Source: a virus (lineage: Duplodnaviria > Caudoviricetes). Taken from it: a stretch of 46,124 nucleotides of DNA. Positions 31,518 through 41,345 of the stretch are shown here, one piece after another (position 1 is the first letter of the stretch; every line of letters starts with the position of its first letter). Both the position numbers and the translations under genes were made by a program. The stretch is taken from positions 1-46,124 of the IMG/VR virus record IMGVR_UViG_3300042914_001187, one strand, 5' to 3'. Below the pieces are notes generated by a model that ran no database searches, was not told the origin of the DNA, and saw only the letters and a program-made list of their open reading frames with translations.

Positions 31518-33671
31518 TTAACGCCTTCCGTCAGGACGTACGTCAAGCGACGGGACACCCAACTGCCAGTTGACCCCAAGGCCGTCAGAGCTGACCTTGA
31601 ACGCCATCTGCCTTCCACGGATGCGCGTGTAAACAATCTGGGTGAACTGCTGCACCGTGTAGTTCCGCTGGCCCGTGTAGTCCTGCGTGCTGGTCACTGT
31701 CGGCGTGTTGGCCGTGCTGTAGTTGGCACCAGGGTTCTGCCGTGGGCGCAGGGTGAAGGTCACTGCCGGGTTGTTGGCATACGACCCATCGAACGTGATG
31801 TCGGGGATCATGCGCCATGCAAAGCCATAGTTGTGGCCATCACCAATGTCAAAGTCGGCAGACTGGATGTAGGACTCAATTGCGCTCGGCGGGTTAGTGC
31901 TGCCGTCATCCACACCACTTTCGTGATAGACCAACTGGCCGTTGTAGCCTGTGGCGGTCGGGTGATTTCTCAATGGTGTATCCAGCCACGCGGTGCGCGA
32001 AAGATTGCCGTACGACCAGATGCGCTCCAGATGGTTGTAGATGACGTACCTGTCAATCACCGTTGAATTGGCCGAGCAGTAGAACCACCAGATTTCGTTG
32101 TAGCCCTCATTGGTGCCGCCGTAAATCTGATACTGCTGCTGGAGGTTGATGTCGCCAAAGATGTACTGACGCAAGGGGCAGTACAAGGTCTCAACCCGAC
32201 CAGAGTACATGTAGAACTTATCCAGCCCCATCCAGTACGTGATGTTGGCTGCTGTGGCCACAGAGTTGGGGCCAGCGATGGAGATGTTGTAGCCCAAGAC
32301 CTGAAAGCCCCAGATGTACGGGGGGCCAAGGTACTGCATGGAGTAGATTGCTGCGTCAGTCCAGACCAAAATCTCTTGTCGGGTTTGTTGGTGGGCAACG
32401 ATGCTCGACCCCGTGGACAGGCGGTAGCTGCCAGCCTGATTGGTTGCAGCGGGGGTCCATGTAGCGTAGTCCTCTTGGTCAGACCAACGGATCAGCAGCG
32501 GGTCTTGGGTGGCCGAGCCATAATCATTGCAGCCAAAGGCAATCACAAACCGCGAGGCGTCAGACACCGTGACGGAGTTTGAGACCGTGGGGCAGCCGGA
32601 GTCCGTCGTGTAAGGCGATGGGCTTGTCGGAGACAGCAGGACTGCGCGGTCGTAGATCAACGGGTTGGCGTTGACCTTCCACAAATACAATGCCCCGCCA
32701 CGAGGGTTGATGACGAGGTCCTGGCCAAAGTTGGTCTGGCTCCAAAGGCGCATCTGAGCGCCAATACCCGAGGTGGCAGCCTGCCCCCACCCAGACGCAT
32801 TGCCGTACTGATTGACGGTATCGCCAGAGTTGTGCGCCACAGCGGTACTGCCCACCCCGCGAGTGCAGCCTGTAAAGGTGGTGGATGTCTTGCCAGAGTA
32901 CGTGATGTACTCACCATTTATGCCAATGGCACCTGCGGCTGCAAAGCCTGTCGTCGATATGACGGTGATGGTGGTGTCGCTGTCGTTTAAAGCGCCGTTG
33001 AGGGTGGTGGTTGCAGAAATTACCGTCGTGCCACCAAAGCCGCCAGCACCCCAGCCGGTCAGGAAGGTGAAGGTTTCCTCACCAATTGAAATCTGATACG
33101 CAAACGTAGCTGCGCCGGTCGTGCCAGAAGATGTGGCCGGAGACGCAACGGTGATGCTGTACGTCGAAGCATCAATGTATGTGATGCGAAACTCTTGGTT
33201 AAGCGCAGCCGCAGGGATGCCATTAACAGCGCCGCCAACCCCGGAGATGGTTACAAAGTCCCCGTTTGCCGCGCCGTACCCAGGGTCATTGACGATGACC
33301 GTTGTAGAGCCGTTGGTCGTCGTAAACGCATTGGCCGCGATGACGTTGGTGTCACGAATCGGCGTGATGTCATAGAACTCACCACCGTTGGACTGCTGGA
33401 TGTAGTACTTGAGGTGTGTGCCTAGACCCATCAGATTATTGCCCGCAAGTGTCACCCAATTCCAAAGGGAGCGGCAAGTGCCCCAGAACGAACCAGTTGG
33501 AGGCACAAGACCTGTTTCTTGAGCCCCTGTGTCCTTCACCCAACCACCCAGCTTCTCAGGGTAGCCCGAGCGAAACCGCACCTTGTCCATCTCAAACCAA
33601 GTTCCCTCATTGGCAAGGGTGGTTGACTCTCGATTGACGCCTGGGCGTAGTTGCAGTTTCTGAAGTGGCAT
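31518..33671 (-). CDS. Tail tube/nozzle (stabilisation) protein
   Basis: MPLQKLQLRPG, DKVRFR.G.PEK.GGW, IRWSDQE, ends PDGRR; beta-rich; start at ATG 33671. Confidence 0.75.
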   Translation of the reverse strand: MPLQKLQLRPGVNRESTTLANEGTWFEMDKVRFRSGYPEKLGGWVKDTGAQETGLVPPTGSFWGTCRSLWNWVTLAGNNLMGLGTHLKYYIQQSNGGEFYDITPIRDTNVIAANAFTTTNGSTTVIVNDPGYGAANGDFVTISGVGGAVNGIPAAALNQEFRITYIDASTYSITVASPATSSGTTGAATFAYQISIGEETFTFLTGWGAGGFGGTTVISATTTLNGALNDSDTTITVISTTGFAAAGAIGINGEYITYSGKTSTTFTGCTRGVGSTAVAHNSGDTVNQYGNASGWGQAATSGIGAQMRLWSQTNFGQDLVINPRGGALYLWKVNANPLIYDRAVLLSPTSPSPYTTDSGCPTVSNSVTVSDASRFVIAFGCNDYGSATQDPLLIRWSDQEDYATWTPAATNQAGSYRLSTGSSIVAHQQTRQEILVWTDAAIYSMQYLGPPYIWGFQVLGYNISIAGPNSVATAANITYWMGLDKFYMYSGRVETLYCPLRQYIFGDINLQQQYQIYGGTNEGYNEIWWFYCSANSTVIDRYVIYNHLERIWSYGNLSRTAWLDTPLRNHPTATGYNGQLVYHESGVDDGSTNPPSAIESYIQSADFDIGDGHNYGFAWRMIPDITFDGSYANNPAVTFTLRPRQNPGANYSTANTPTVTSTQDYTGQRNYTVQQFTQIVYTRIRGRQMAFKVSSDGLGVNWQLGVPSLDVRPDGRR

Positions 33672-33678
33672 GGTCGTC

Positions 33679-34194
33679 CTACGACAAGAAGAGGGCGCGT
33701 TCGTCTTTGCGGCGTTTATCCAGCCCTGCCAGCACTTTACCCCCACCCTTGTTCCAAAGCAAGAAAGCGTCTGCTGCGCCTTCCCAATCGCCTCGGTTGG
33801 CCTTCATTCGGATGGTGGAGCGCTGCAGATTACCTAGCCCGAAATTAAAGGAAATACTGACCAGAGCGTCAAAGCGGCCTTGACTGCCAACACTGCCGGG
33901 CACAAGTCGAAGAACACCACGTTCAAAACTTGCGACATCCGCGTCGAAGAGATCATTAATTTCCTGCTTGGACCAGACACGGTTGTCCTCCGGTTTTAAT
34001 GGGTACTCCCTGCGGATCATGGGGATGTCGACCTGGGTCTTCCCTTCTGGCCGCATCATGGGCAGGCGAATCTGTTCTTGGTACAGCACATGGCCATAAC
34101 CAATTGTCCAGATGTGCGCCGGGCACAGGTACGGGCGGTTTCTAAACCCCTCGTACTTATGCATCAGATCAGCGCCGACCTTGCTCAGTTTCAC
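33679..34194 (-). CDS. Endolysin, GH24 lysozyme
   Basis: EG....PY.CPA..WTIGYGH, FDALVS..FN.G, GL..RR..E; GTGA overlap start. Confidence 0.9.
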   Translation of the reverse strand: MKLSKVGADLMHKYEGFRNRPYLCPAHIWTIGYGHVLYQEQIRLPMMRPEGKTQVDIPMIRREYPLKPEDNRVWSKQEINDLFDADVASFERGVLRLVPGSVGSQGRFDALVSISFNFGLGNLQRSTIRMKANRGDWEGAADAFLLWNKGGGKVLAGLDKRRKDERALFLS

Positions 34195-34694
34195 TTTTTG
34201 CCCCAGGTCCGGGTTCCAAACCAAAAGCCGATGATTGCGCCGAGCATCGACATTTCATCGGGGCTGAAGATGATGTCCGAGTAGCGCAGCACGTCGTCCA
34301 TGCTCTTAATCATTCCGGGGTTTGTGTACAGGTAGTAGCACAGGAACAGGTTGATCAGCACCAACTCCAGAACGAAGATGTACGTCACGGTCGGGCGCAC
34401 AGTGCCGACGTAGGAGGCAACCCACTTGTGCGCCCTGTCCAGCACCTTTTCGTCGTGTTGCAGAGCGGCCTCGGTCATCTGCGCCTCGGTCTGCATCATG
34501 ATCTGATCAGTGCGAATTTCCTCAATGCGCTGCTGCGCGGCGTACCCCTGCGCAGCCAGAGCCAACTCACGCTCGTTTTGCATCCTGGCCAGGGCCAACT
34601 CGTGCTTCTGGTCGGCTTTGTTTTGAAAGTACTCAAGCAATTTTGGCAGGCCGGAAATCAGCAAGCCACCGAGGGTAGAAATAAGGGACAGCAT
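34191..34694 (-). CDS. Holin-like membrane protein
   Basis: VRPTVTY, hydrophobic helices, IIGFWFGTR; directly upstream of the endolysin. Confidence 0.65.
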   Translation of the reverse strand: MLSLISTLGGLLISGLPKLLEYFQNKADQKHELALARMQNERELALAAQGYAAQQRIEEIRTDQIMMQTEAQMTEAALQHDEKVLDRAHKWVASYVGTVRPTVTYIFVLELVLINLFLCYYLYTNPGMIKSMDDVLRYSDIIFSPDEMSMLGAIIGFWFGTRTWGKK

Positions 34695-35002
34695 TATCTT
34701 TTCTCCATTTTGGCTTCAATAATTGCAATCTTTTGGCGGTTGTACTGGATGTCGTCGCGGTTCTTTTGAATCTCAGCCGACAGGTCTTGACGCAGCCGCT
34801 CCCTGGCCAACTTGGCCCCGGTGTTGGTGGCCTGTTTGTTATCTGATGTAACCACCAAACTGATCTTGCTGTTCAAGATGGTGACCTCATGGCTCAGGTT
34901 TGACAGCGCCGACATGAGATACACCACGCAGCTAAAAAGCAATGGCAGCAGAGCAAACGCAATCTTTTCGATCAATGCACTCTTTGCGGTTTCTTCAGCC
35001 AT
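34694..35002 (-). CDS. TM plus coiled-coil protein in the lysis region
   Basis: N-terminal hydrophobic helix; start at MAEETAK. Confidence 0.6.
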   Translation of the reverse strand: MAEETAKSALIEKIAFALLPLLFSCVVYLMSALSNLSHEVTILNSKISLVVTSDNKQATNTGAKLARERLRQDLSAEIQKNRDDIQYNRQKIAIIEAKMEKR

Positions 35003-35003
35003 T

Positions 35004-35483
35004 TTATTTCCCTTGCGCTGTGGCTTCCACGATGAACCAAACAGTTGCGCCGATAACGACAAACACCACCAACGCGCCAATCAAAATAATGAACAACTCG
35101 TCCAACTCCTGCTGCCGTTTCTTTGCGGCTTCTTTCTTACGCCTTGCTGCATGGGCTGCGTCTGCTTCCATCCGCTGTGCCCTAGCCGCAATCCTCATCC
35201 AGACATCCATCTTGTTTGCCTGGAAAAACAGCATCTTGATCTGTTCCTCAAACTGCTTGGCCTGCTCAATGGCCATTTCCAGTTCAAGCGCCTTGCCTAA
35301 AGCGGACCCTTTGAACTCACCCTGCTGCGACTTTTGAACAACTTCGATGGCGTCGGCTTTGGCATCAAAATATTTACCCAGCACCGGCCCGAGCGAGGTG
35401 ACATCATCGACCGTCGCGGCGACCTTTTTTACAAGCTCAACCGCTGACGATATTGCAGCAAGGGCGGTGATGGGGTCAATCAT
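35004..35483 (-). CDS. Coiled-coil protein with C-terminal TM
   Basis: MIDPITAL..., C-terminal hydrophobic helix. Confidence 0.65.
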   Translation of the reverse strand: MIDPITALAAISSAVELVKKVAATVDDVTSLGPVLGKYFDAKADAIEVVQKSQQGEFKGSALGKALELEMAIEQAKQFEEQIKMLFFQANKMDVWMRIAARAQRMEADAAHAARRKKEAAKKRQQELDELFIILIGALVVFVVIGATVWFIVEATAQGK

Positions 35484-35762
35484 CTATTGCTTGCCCTCTG
35501 CAAACACATTAACAAACACCGTACCGTCCTCAAGAGCCTCAAGCTCATGCCACTCGTTTGCTACAAGGTTGACCGGCTGCGTGTCTTTGGTCATCACAAG
35601 CTCGCGGCATTCCTTGCGAATGACACATGATCCTGCGTGGCACATGGTCAAGTGAGAATACGCATGCTCATGACGCGGCAAGCCCTCGCCCTTGTCGGCG
35701 TGGTACACGTTCAGTACCGCACCGTCGTAGGTCACGCTAAAGCGAGGGGCAAGCATGTTCAC
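35484..35762 (-). CDS. Cupin (RmlC-like) protein
   Basis: HEHAYSHLT...WHELEALEDGTV. Confidence 0.75.
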   Translation of the reverse strand: MNMLAPRFSVTYDGAVLNVYHADKGEGLPRHEHAYSHLTMCHAGSCVIRKECRELVMTKDTQPVNLVANEWHELEALEDGTVFVNVFAEGKQ

Positions 35763-36025
35763 AGCGTTTGTGCTCCGGTGGTCGTTGGTTGATCCTCGGG
35801 CGGCAAAGATGGCTCGGGTGGTGCGACATATTCCGTAATTGCCCCATATTCACCCGCATTTCCTTTAACCCACAATTCTTGAATGTGCTGATATTTATCA
35901 GTGCCATTTACGCCCACTGGTAATTCTCCGTCAAATTCTTTATATTTAACTACGCACTCAAAAAAAGTATGTTCCGCATCACACCAAAATAAATTTTTTG
36001 CGTATTCAACTGTGAACATCACCAC
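35759..36025 (-). CDS. Tail fibre assembly-like protein
   Basis: AGEYGAITEYVAP; follows a fibre-like gene. Confidence 0.55.
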   Translation of the reverse strand: MVMFTVEYAKNLFWCDAEHTFFECVVKYKEFDGELPVGVNGTDKYQHIQELWVKGNAGEYGAITEYVAPPEPSLPPEDQPTTTGAQTL

Positions 36026-36031
36026 TACTCC

Positions 36032-36433
36032 TTACGAAATGCGAACATACAAAGCTTCCCACCAACAATAATCCGTGCTACAGCAACCGGATACGGAGGC
36101 AAAAGTTACCCCACTGCTCATTTTGCGCCATGTTCCTGATAACGCAGTGCCCCCACCATCGTAAGTGCTATTATTAGATCGAATTCGCCTTCCTAAAAAT
36201 GGGGCGCTGTTTGCTGAACCGCCGAGGGTTGAGGCAGCTGAATTCGGCGTAAAGTTATATCGCAATGATGATCCGGCAATTGTGCCGTCCGTTGCAAGAT
36301 TTGTATTCACTCCCATCATCAAAACAGCATACGTTCCAACCGCCCCAAATGTTGTTGGAATTCCCGTAAACGCCGTGCTTTGCGTTGTTGCGTCATTAAA
36401 AAGAATATCCGTGTTTCTCAATGTGGTTGGCAT
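36032..36433 (-). CDS. Short tail fibre / receptor-binding-like protein
   Basis: I.FND.TTQSTA, GAVGTYA, SGTWR.M, ends VRIS. Confidence 0.6.
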   Translation of the reverse strand: MPTTLRNTDILFNDATTQSTAFTGIPTTFGAVGTYAVLMMGVNTNLATDGTIAGSSLRYNFTPNSAASTLGGSANSAPFLGRRIRSNNSTYDGGGTALSGTWRKMSSGVTFASVSGCCSTDYCWWEALYVRIS

Positions 36434-36442
36434 GATTGCTCC

Positions 36443-37255
36443 TTAAGGTGTGCCGCCGCCAGCAACATCGCTGAGTGCAGTGAATACGCCAGCGGAAGTC
36501 ATTGACGCAATGGTTGTCCCGCCATACTTGAAAATCAGTTTGCCACCTGATTCTTCAATGGTAAAGTTGGTTGTGGCCAGTTTGGTTGCGTTCGTTGCAT
36601 TGGTGGCGTTTGTGGCGTTGGTTGCATTAGTCGCGTTTGTTGCGTTGGTGGCGTTGGTGGCATTTGTGGCATTTGTCACAGCCGTGGCCCCGATAGCTGC
36701 CACAATGTCCGCAGCCGAAGCGACAGAGAGCGCCGAAGTCCCGTTTCCGCGCAGTATTCCTCCGCTGGCAAACGATGACGCTCCCGTGCCCCCATCAGCC
36801 ACAGCAAGATCAGTGGCCAACGTCAGACTGGAGAGATGGCTGTTCTGAAACGCAAAGTTGGTTCCCTCCGACCAAACCGTCACGGTCTTGCCCGCCGGGA
36901 TGGCCACCCCAACCCCCGCAGCGGTTGTGTTGCCAAGCACCGTTGAGTTGTAGATTGTGGCGGTGTAGCTGCTGGCGTTGTAGACGACGTAGGTCTTTTC
37001 TGCCGGGGGCGCATACACCGCAAAATTGGCCCCGGTCGTAGTGGTCAGGGCAATCGTCATATGCCGTGCCTCGTCCGGCGCACCATTTGCCGCCGTGAAT
37101 GCCTGATTGGCAGCAATCACAGACACAGAGGTATACCCGGCAATCGACGACTCAATCAACGTGCCAAGGTTGGTGTTGGTGGTGTTGCCCCACGTACCGG
37201 CCTGATCACCCGTGGTGATAAGCTCAATGCGCAGGCTGGGGGAGTAGGTGGACAT
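36443..37255 (-). CDS. Tail fibre-like protein containing (NAT)10
   Basis: GTWG.TTNTN N-terminus, LAVADGGTGA motif. Confidence 0.7.
   Translation of the reverse strand: MSTYSPSLRIELITTGDQAGTWGNTTNTNLGTLIESSIAGYTSVSVIAANQAFTAANGAPDEARHMTIALTTTTGANFAVYAPPAEKTYVVYNASSYTATIYNSTVLGNTTAAGVGVAIPAGKTVTVWSEGTNFAFQNSHLSSLTLATDLAVADGGTGASSFASGGILRGNGTSALSVASAADIVAAIGATAVTNATNATNATNATNATNATNATNATNATNATKLATTNFTIEESGGKLIFKYGGTTIASMTSAGVFTALSDVAGGGTP
36584..36676 (-). repeat. Ten-copy Asn-Ala-Thr coding repeat
   Basis: 9-bp period with synonymous variation. Confidence 0.9.
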
Positions 37256-37264
37256 AACGGTTCC

Positions 37265-38236
37265 TCACTGAGGGTTATTGATATTTTGCCAGTTTGGGCT
37301 TTGGCTGTCATCTATTGAAGACCAACCTGGGGTTTGGTTGCTGGCTATGTCAACCCATCCTGGGTTTTGGCTGGCCGTGATGTTGGCCCATCCAGGGGTT
37401 TGGCTGCTGGCAATGTCGGCCCAATCGGCATTCTGTGTGCTGATGATCTTGACCCAGCCACCCACCCCAAAGCTGTCAGCTAGGACTGCGTTTTCGGACA
37501 CGGCCACATTGAAGCCAGCTTGGATGGTGCGGATGTCGTTGGCGCTCAGGTTTTCTGTGATGCTGACCAACAGGTTTACAACCGCCGCCTCAACAGACGC
37601 AGCCCCAAAGTTCTCGACGATGGAGTCCGTGTAAACGCTGATGATTGTGGCGGCGTCCTCAACCGTCATCCCTTCCGTCACAGCCTGGGCAAACTGCGCG
37701 GCAATCGCCTGGAAGTCGTTCATCGTCACAGCCTCAGACACGGACTGAGCAAACTGAGCGGTGATTACAGGGGTGTCGTTGAGAGTGCTTGGCTCTGTGA
37801 TGGATTGGAAGAACGCCGACTGCTGGGTGCTGAAGTCCGCCACCTCCAAAATGTCTTCGGTTCGGGTCTGGCCAAAGGCAAAGAAGACGTTCTGGGTATC
37901 GGCAAGGTCTGCGTTCTCAGTGACAGATTGGGCAAACTGAGCAGAGATGGCTATGACATCCGCCGGGTTGGAGTTCTCGCTGATGGATTGCAGGAACGTC
38001 GAGGCTTGGGCGCTTGCATCGTCGGCTGTAAACAGCTCGTTGATGGTGGCGGTAAACAGCGCGTTGCCCGTGATCTCAATATCGTTTTCGGTGATCGGCT
38101 CAGTGATGGATTGCAAGAAGGCAGAAACCTGGGTGCTGGCGTCGTCGGAGTTCAGGTTCTCCGACAAGGAAAAGACAAAAGCCTGCCCTGCCAGTGAGGC
38201 AAACGGGGTTTGGGCAAAGCTTGCGATTCCGAACAT
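37265..38236 (-). CDS. Acidic repetitive virion protein
   Basis: MFG...FA..PFA start, F.QS(I/V)(T/S)E repeats, Trp-containing C-terminal repeats. Confidence 0.65.
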   Translation of the reverse strand: MFGIASFAQTPFASLAGQAFVFSLSENLNSDDASTQVSAFLQSITEPITENDIEITGNALFTATINELFTADDASAQASTFLQSISENSNPADVIAISAQFAQSVTENADLADTQNVFFAFGQTRTEDILEVADFSTQQSAFFQSITEPSTLNDTPVITAQFAQSVSEAVTMNDFQAIAAQFAQAVTEGMTVEDAATIISVYTDSIVENFGAASVEAAVVNLLVSITENLSANDIRTIQAGFNVAVSENAVLADSFGVGGWVKIISTQNADWADIASSQTPGWANITASQNPGWVDIASNQTPGWSSIDDSQSPNWQNINNPQ

Positions 38237-38238
38237 GG

Positions 38239-38400
38239 TTAATCGTCAGCAGGCAGGGGCTGGTTGCCTTCTTCCAACCACTTCAGGTATTTCTGGTAAT
38301 CGGTGTTGGCCGGGTCGAAGGGGATGCAGGCGTTGTCGGATAAACGAACCACCATTGACAACATAGTTTGCGGTTTTGTGGGTGAGCACTCTTTGTACAT
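38239..38400 (-). CDS. Small tail-fibre chaperone-like protein (53 aa)
   Basis: Hand-translated: IPFDPANTDYQKYLKWLEEGN. Confidence 0.75.
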   Translation of the reverse strand: MYKECSPTKPQTMLSMVVRLSDNACIPFDPANTDYQKYLKWLEEGNQPLPADD

Positions 38401-39447
38401 TTACAACTCCGATGAGACTTCAAACCCGCCGTTTGCAAAAGCGTAAACGGCGGCAGACCCCGTACCTGTTTTCTTCCTGCCCCACGAAAAACCAATCGTG
38501 GATATCTCTTGACCATCTGCATCTCCACCACTACGCCCGGTAGTGCCAAGCATTGACAGCGTTGGAGCGGACCGCATTTCAGTCATGAAGTTAACTTTCA
38601 CCCCCACAATAACATCTCTGCTCACGGTGGCAAAGCTGGTGCCGCCGCCGTCTACAACGCCAGTATTTTTACAGTAATACCGCTGACACAGCATCAACTC
38701 AGTCCCATACGGCCTGTAATCAAACGATGTGGCGGTAGAGCCTTTTTCCAGTTGGACTCCGGTGATGTTCAATGTCGCCCCTGCTGTTGCGACAAGATCA
38801 ACAGAGCCAGTTGGGGCAATCCCCGTCGTAGCCCATGCGTTAGCCGGTCCTTCGTTGGTTGAACCAGTGCCGAGGTTGAACACCAAAGTTATGCCGCGCC
38901 CGTTGTCTGTCAGCCATGTTCCGGTCGTGTCGCCGGGGATGGTGATAGTTTTGTACTCCCAAGTGTTTGCTGCGCTTATGGCAAAAGAAAACGGATAGCG
39001 TCTATTTGCCGCACTGTTTGAAATTGACCCACCAAAACTGCCAGTTAAAGATGAACGAATCCAAAAACTGATTGTGACGGTCTGTGCATTGGCTGTGCCA
39101 AACCCAAGGTCGGCGGTGTTAAACCCCTCGATGCCTTGGACGAAGTAGCAAAAGTCAGAAGCCCCCGGCGTCCCCGCAGTGGTAGTGGTGATTAACAAGC
39201 TGTTTGTAAACCCAGCAGGTGCAGTAGTCGACCGCTGCATCGAAAATCGAGTGCTTCCAGTGCTATTTCCTGCCCATCGGTCAATTACATAAAGTTCAGT
39301 GCCAACGCTACCACTACCAGGGTACGTCACGCTTGCCCCGTTATTTCTTTGGTCGATCACCATCGCGCCGTTGATGATGCGGTTCTTGAAACCCGTGTAC
39401 TGCGCGTACTGGCCCAGCAGTCCTTGGTCAACTTGAGTTAATGGCAT
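38401..39447 (-). CDS. Tail fibre / carbohydrate-binding virion protein
   Basis: KNRIING.M.IDQRN, DRW, VQLEKG..AT.FDYR....EL.LCQRYY. Confidence 0.75.
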   Translation of the reverse strand: MPLTQVDQGLLGQYAQYTGFKNRIINGAMVIDQRNNGASVTYPGSGSVGTELYVIDRWAGNSTGSTRFSMQRSTTAPAGFTNSLLITTTTAGTPGASDFCYFVQGIEGFNTADLGFGTANAQTVTISFWIRSSLTGSFGGSISNSAANRRYPFSFAISAANTWEYKTITIPGDTTGTWLTDNGRGITLVFNLGTGSTNEGPANAWATTGIAPTGSVDLVATAGATLNITGVQLEKGSTATSFDYRPYGTELMLCQRYYCKNTGVVDGGGTSFATVSRDVIVGVKVNFMTEMRSAPTLSMLGTTGRSGGDADGQEISTIGFSWGRKKTGTGSAAVYAFANGGFEVSSEL

Positions 39448-39456
39448 GATTGGCCT

Positions 39457-39840
39457 TTAGCGGAAGATGGCGACGGTAACCACTTCACAGTCCTGTGGGT
39501 TGTTATAGTCATACACAGTATTTAAACGAACAGATGTCGTAAGAAAATCTGTTGCAAATCCGTTTGATGTTGGCGCTGAAAGATACCTGCCCGAACCTCC
39601 GGGGCCATAGCCAGCGTTGGCTCCAATTGCGTAATTCACATCAGGCATAGCCGTAGTAAAGTTTATCCTGTAATCGCCCGTCCCGTTATCCGTGATGCTC
39701 GTCACGTTGCCAGACGCCCTGATTGCCACGGTGCCCGTGCCGTTGAAGTTGACCCAAGCGCGGGCCTGATACCCTGGGGCTGTGCCCACAGGCGTAGACA
39801 TGATGCTGGCGTTTGCCCCCAATACTGCTGCTTGTGTCAT
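39457..39840 (-). CDS. AWVNFNG-domain tail module (copy 5)
   Basis: AWVNFNGTGTVAIRASGNVTSITDNGTGDY. Confidence 0.75.
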   Translation of the reverse strand: MTQAAVLGANASIMSTPVGTAPGYQARAWVNFNGTGTVAIRASGNVTSITDNGTGDYRINFTTAMPDVNYAIGANAGYGPGGSGRYLSAPTSNGFATDFLTTSVRLNTVYDYNNPQDCEVVTVAIFR

Positions 39841-39849
39841 GGTTGGCCT

Positions 39850-40362
39850 TTAGCGGAAGATGGCTACGAGCACCGTACCGATGTCCGCCTGAATTAATGC
39901 GCCGGTATTTGTTTGGTACCCTGTAAGAACTTGATAATTGTTTGTGTTTTGCGTTCCGTTTGTTTGGTATCTTTGGACATCAAAGCCACCTTCCGCACCA
40001 AACACCGGGCAATAATTTACATCTGGCATTGACGTAGTGAAGTTCACCGTGTAATTACCCGTACCATTGTCTGTGAGGCTTGACACGTTACCGCTGCCAC
40101 GAATAGCAATCGTGCCGGTGCCGTTGAAGTTGACCCATGCGCGGCAGCCGTAGGCGATAGCCGTAGAGCCATAGCCCGAGTTAAATTGAAAGTTGCCAGA
40201 GGCGTCAAACTCACCAACCTGAACGCCGCCCTCGGCAAAGCCAATCCGATCATTGCCGGGGAAATAAATGCCCGTGTTTGTGTCCGTGCCCCTGATGGCA
40301 GGAGTGGATGCAGAGCCGTCTACATCAGACAGGCCGTTGGTGCCTGACAGGATCAGCGCCAT
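39850..40362 (-). CDS. AWVNFNG-domain tail module (copy 4)
   Basis: Same domain with a DTNTGIYFP N-terminal region. Confidence 0.75.
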   Translation of the reverse strand: MALILSGTNGLSDVDGSASTPAIRGTDTNTGIYFPGNDRIGFAEGGVQVGEFDASGNFQFNSGYGSTAIAYGCRAWVNFNGTGTIAIRGSGNVSSLTDNGTGNYTVNFTTSMPDVNYCPVFGAEGGFDVQRYQTNGTQNTNNYQVLTGYQTNTGALIQADIGTVLVAIFR

Positions 40363-40400
40363 GATTGCTCCAGTGCGTCAAGTTGATTCATGGTTGGCCT

Positions 40401-41342
40401 TTAGCGGTGAATAGCTACACAAAGCCGGTCATAATCTTCAAACACTTGCGATCCAAAACTTGATGTGTATGCCGTTTTTAGCCTCAAAGCACTTGCGGTG
40501 GGTGTTTCACCATAAGTTGCAAACACCCTTGGGAATGCATTATTGGCGTTGTTAAAACCAACTGTGAACGCATAATTCGCATCTGGCATTGCAGTCGTAA
40601 AATTAATTGTGTAGTCACCCGTGCCGTTATCCGTAATGCTGGACACGTTGCCGCTTGCGCGGATCGCCACTGTGCCCTGCCCGTTGAAGTTTACCCAAGC
40701 CCTGCAACCATAGGCTGTGGCAGTTGACCCATAGCCCGAGTTAAACGACAAATTGCCGGACGAGTCCCATGACGGTGCGCCGGTTGAAAGTTTTGCTGGG
40801 GTGACCCCCGCATCTGCCAGATACGTATTGCCAACAGCGCCTGCCGTTCCGGGGATGGCGTTCAGGACCGACGACACATAGAAGCTGATGACCTCAACCA
40901 GATCGCCCGCCGTTGCGCCCGAGGCCAGGACAATCGTTGTGCCCGATGTGGCCGTGTAGTCGGCTGACCCCAGCATCACGCCGTTCCTGTACACATCCAC
41001 GTAGCCCACCGTGTATGAGGGCACACTGAACGTGGTCTGGCTTGCGGTGGCCGTAAATTCTGTGACTGTGCGGTAGGCCGTGGTTACAACACCACTTGCA
41101 GGCAGGCCAAGGTAGCGCACACTGATGTTGTTCGTCCCCGTCGGCGGGGCGGCAGAGAAGGTCAGCGTTGTGCCCGAGACAGAGTACGTCGATGGGTCTT
41201 GCAACACACCTGTGACGGCAACAATGATTGAGGACGAGTTGGCCGGAGCCACCGTCATGGTGAACGCGACAGTCGAGCCGTTGCCGCTGAACGTGTCAGT
41301 CAGGAAGGCCGCTGTGAGTGGTTGGTTCCCAATGTAGGCCAT
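40401..41342 (-). CDS. Tail fibre-like protein, AWVNFNG domain (copy 3)
   Basis: MAYIGN.P, F.GNGST..FT, ATASQTTF repeats plus the domain. Confidence 0.75.
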   Translation of the reverse strand: MAYIGNQPLTAAFLTDTFSGNGSTVAFTMTVAPANSSSIIVAVTGVLQDPSTYSVSGTTLTFSAAPPTGTNNISVRYLGLPASGVVTTAYRTVTEFTATASQTTFSVPSYTVGYVDVYRNGVMLGSADYTATSGTTIVLASGATAGDLVEVISFYVSSVLNAIPGTAGAVGNTYLADAGVTPAKLSTGAPSWDSSGNLSFNSGYGSTATAYGCRAWVNFNGQGTVAIRASGNVSSITDNGTGDYTINFTTAMPDANYAFTVGFNNANNAFPRVFATYGETPTASALRLKTAYTSSFGSQVFEDYDRLCVAIHR

Positions 41343-41345
41343 GAC

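Noticed and set aside
39116-39124. Apparent GTTTAAAC in the late region
   Set aside because: On re-reading it is GTGTTAAAC, so it was not counted.
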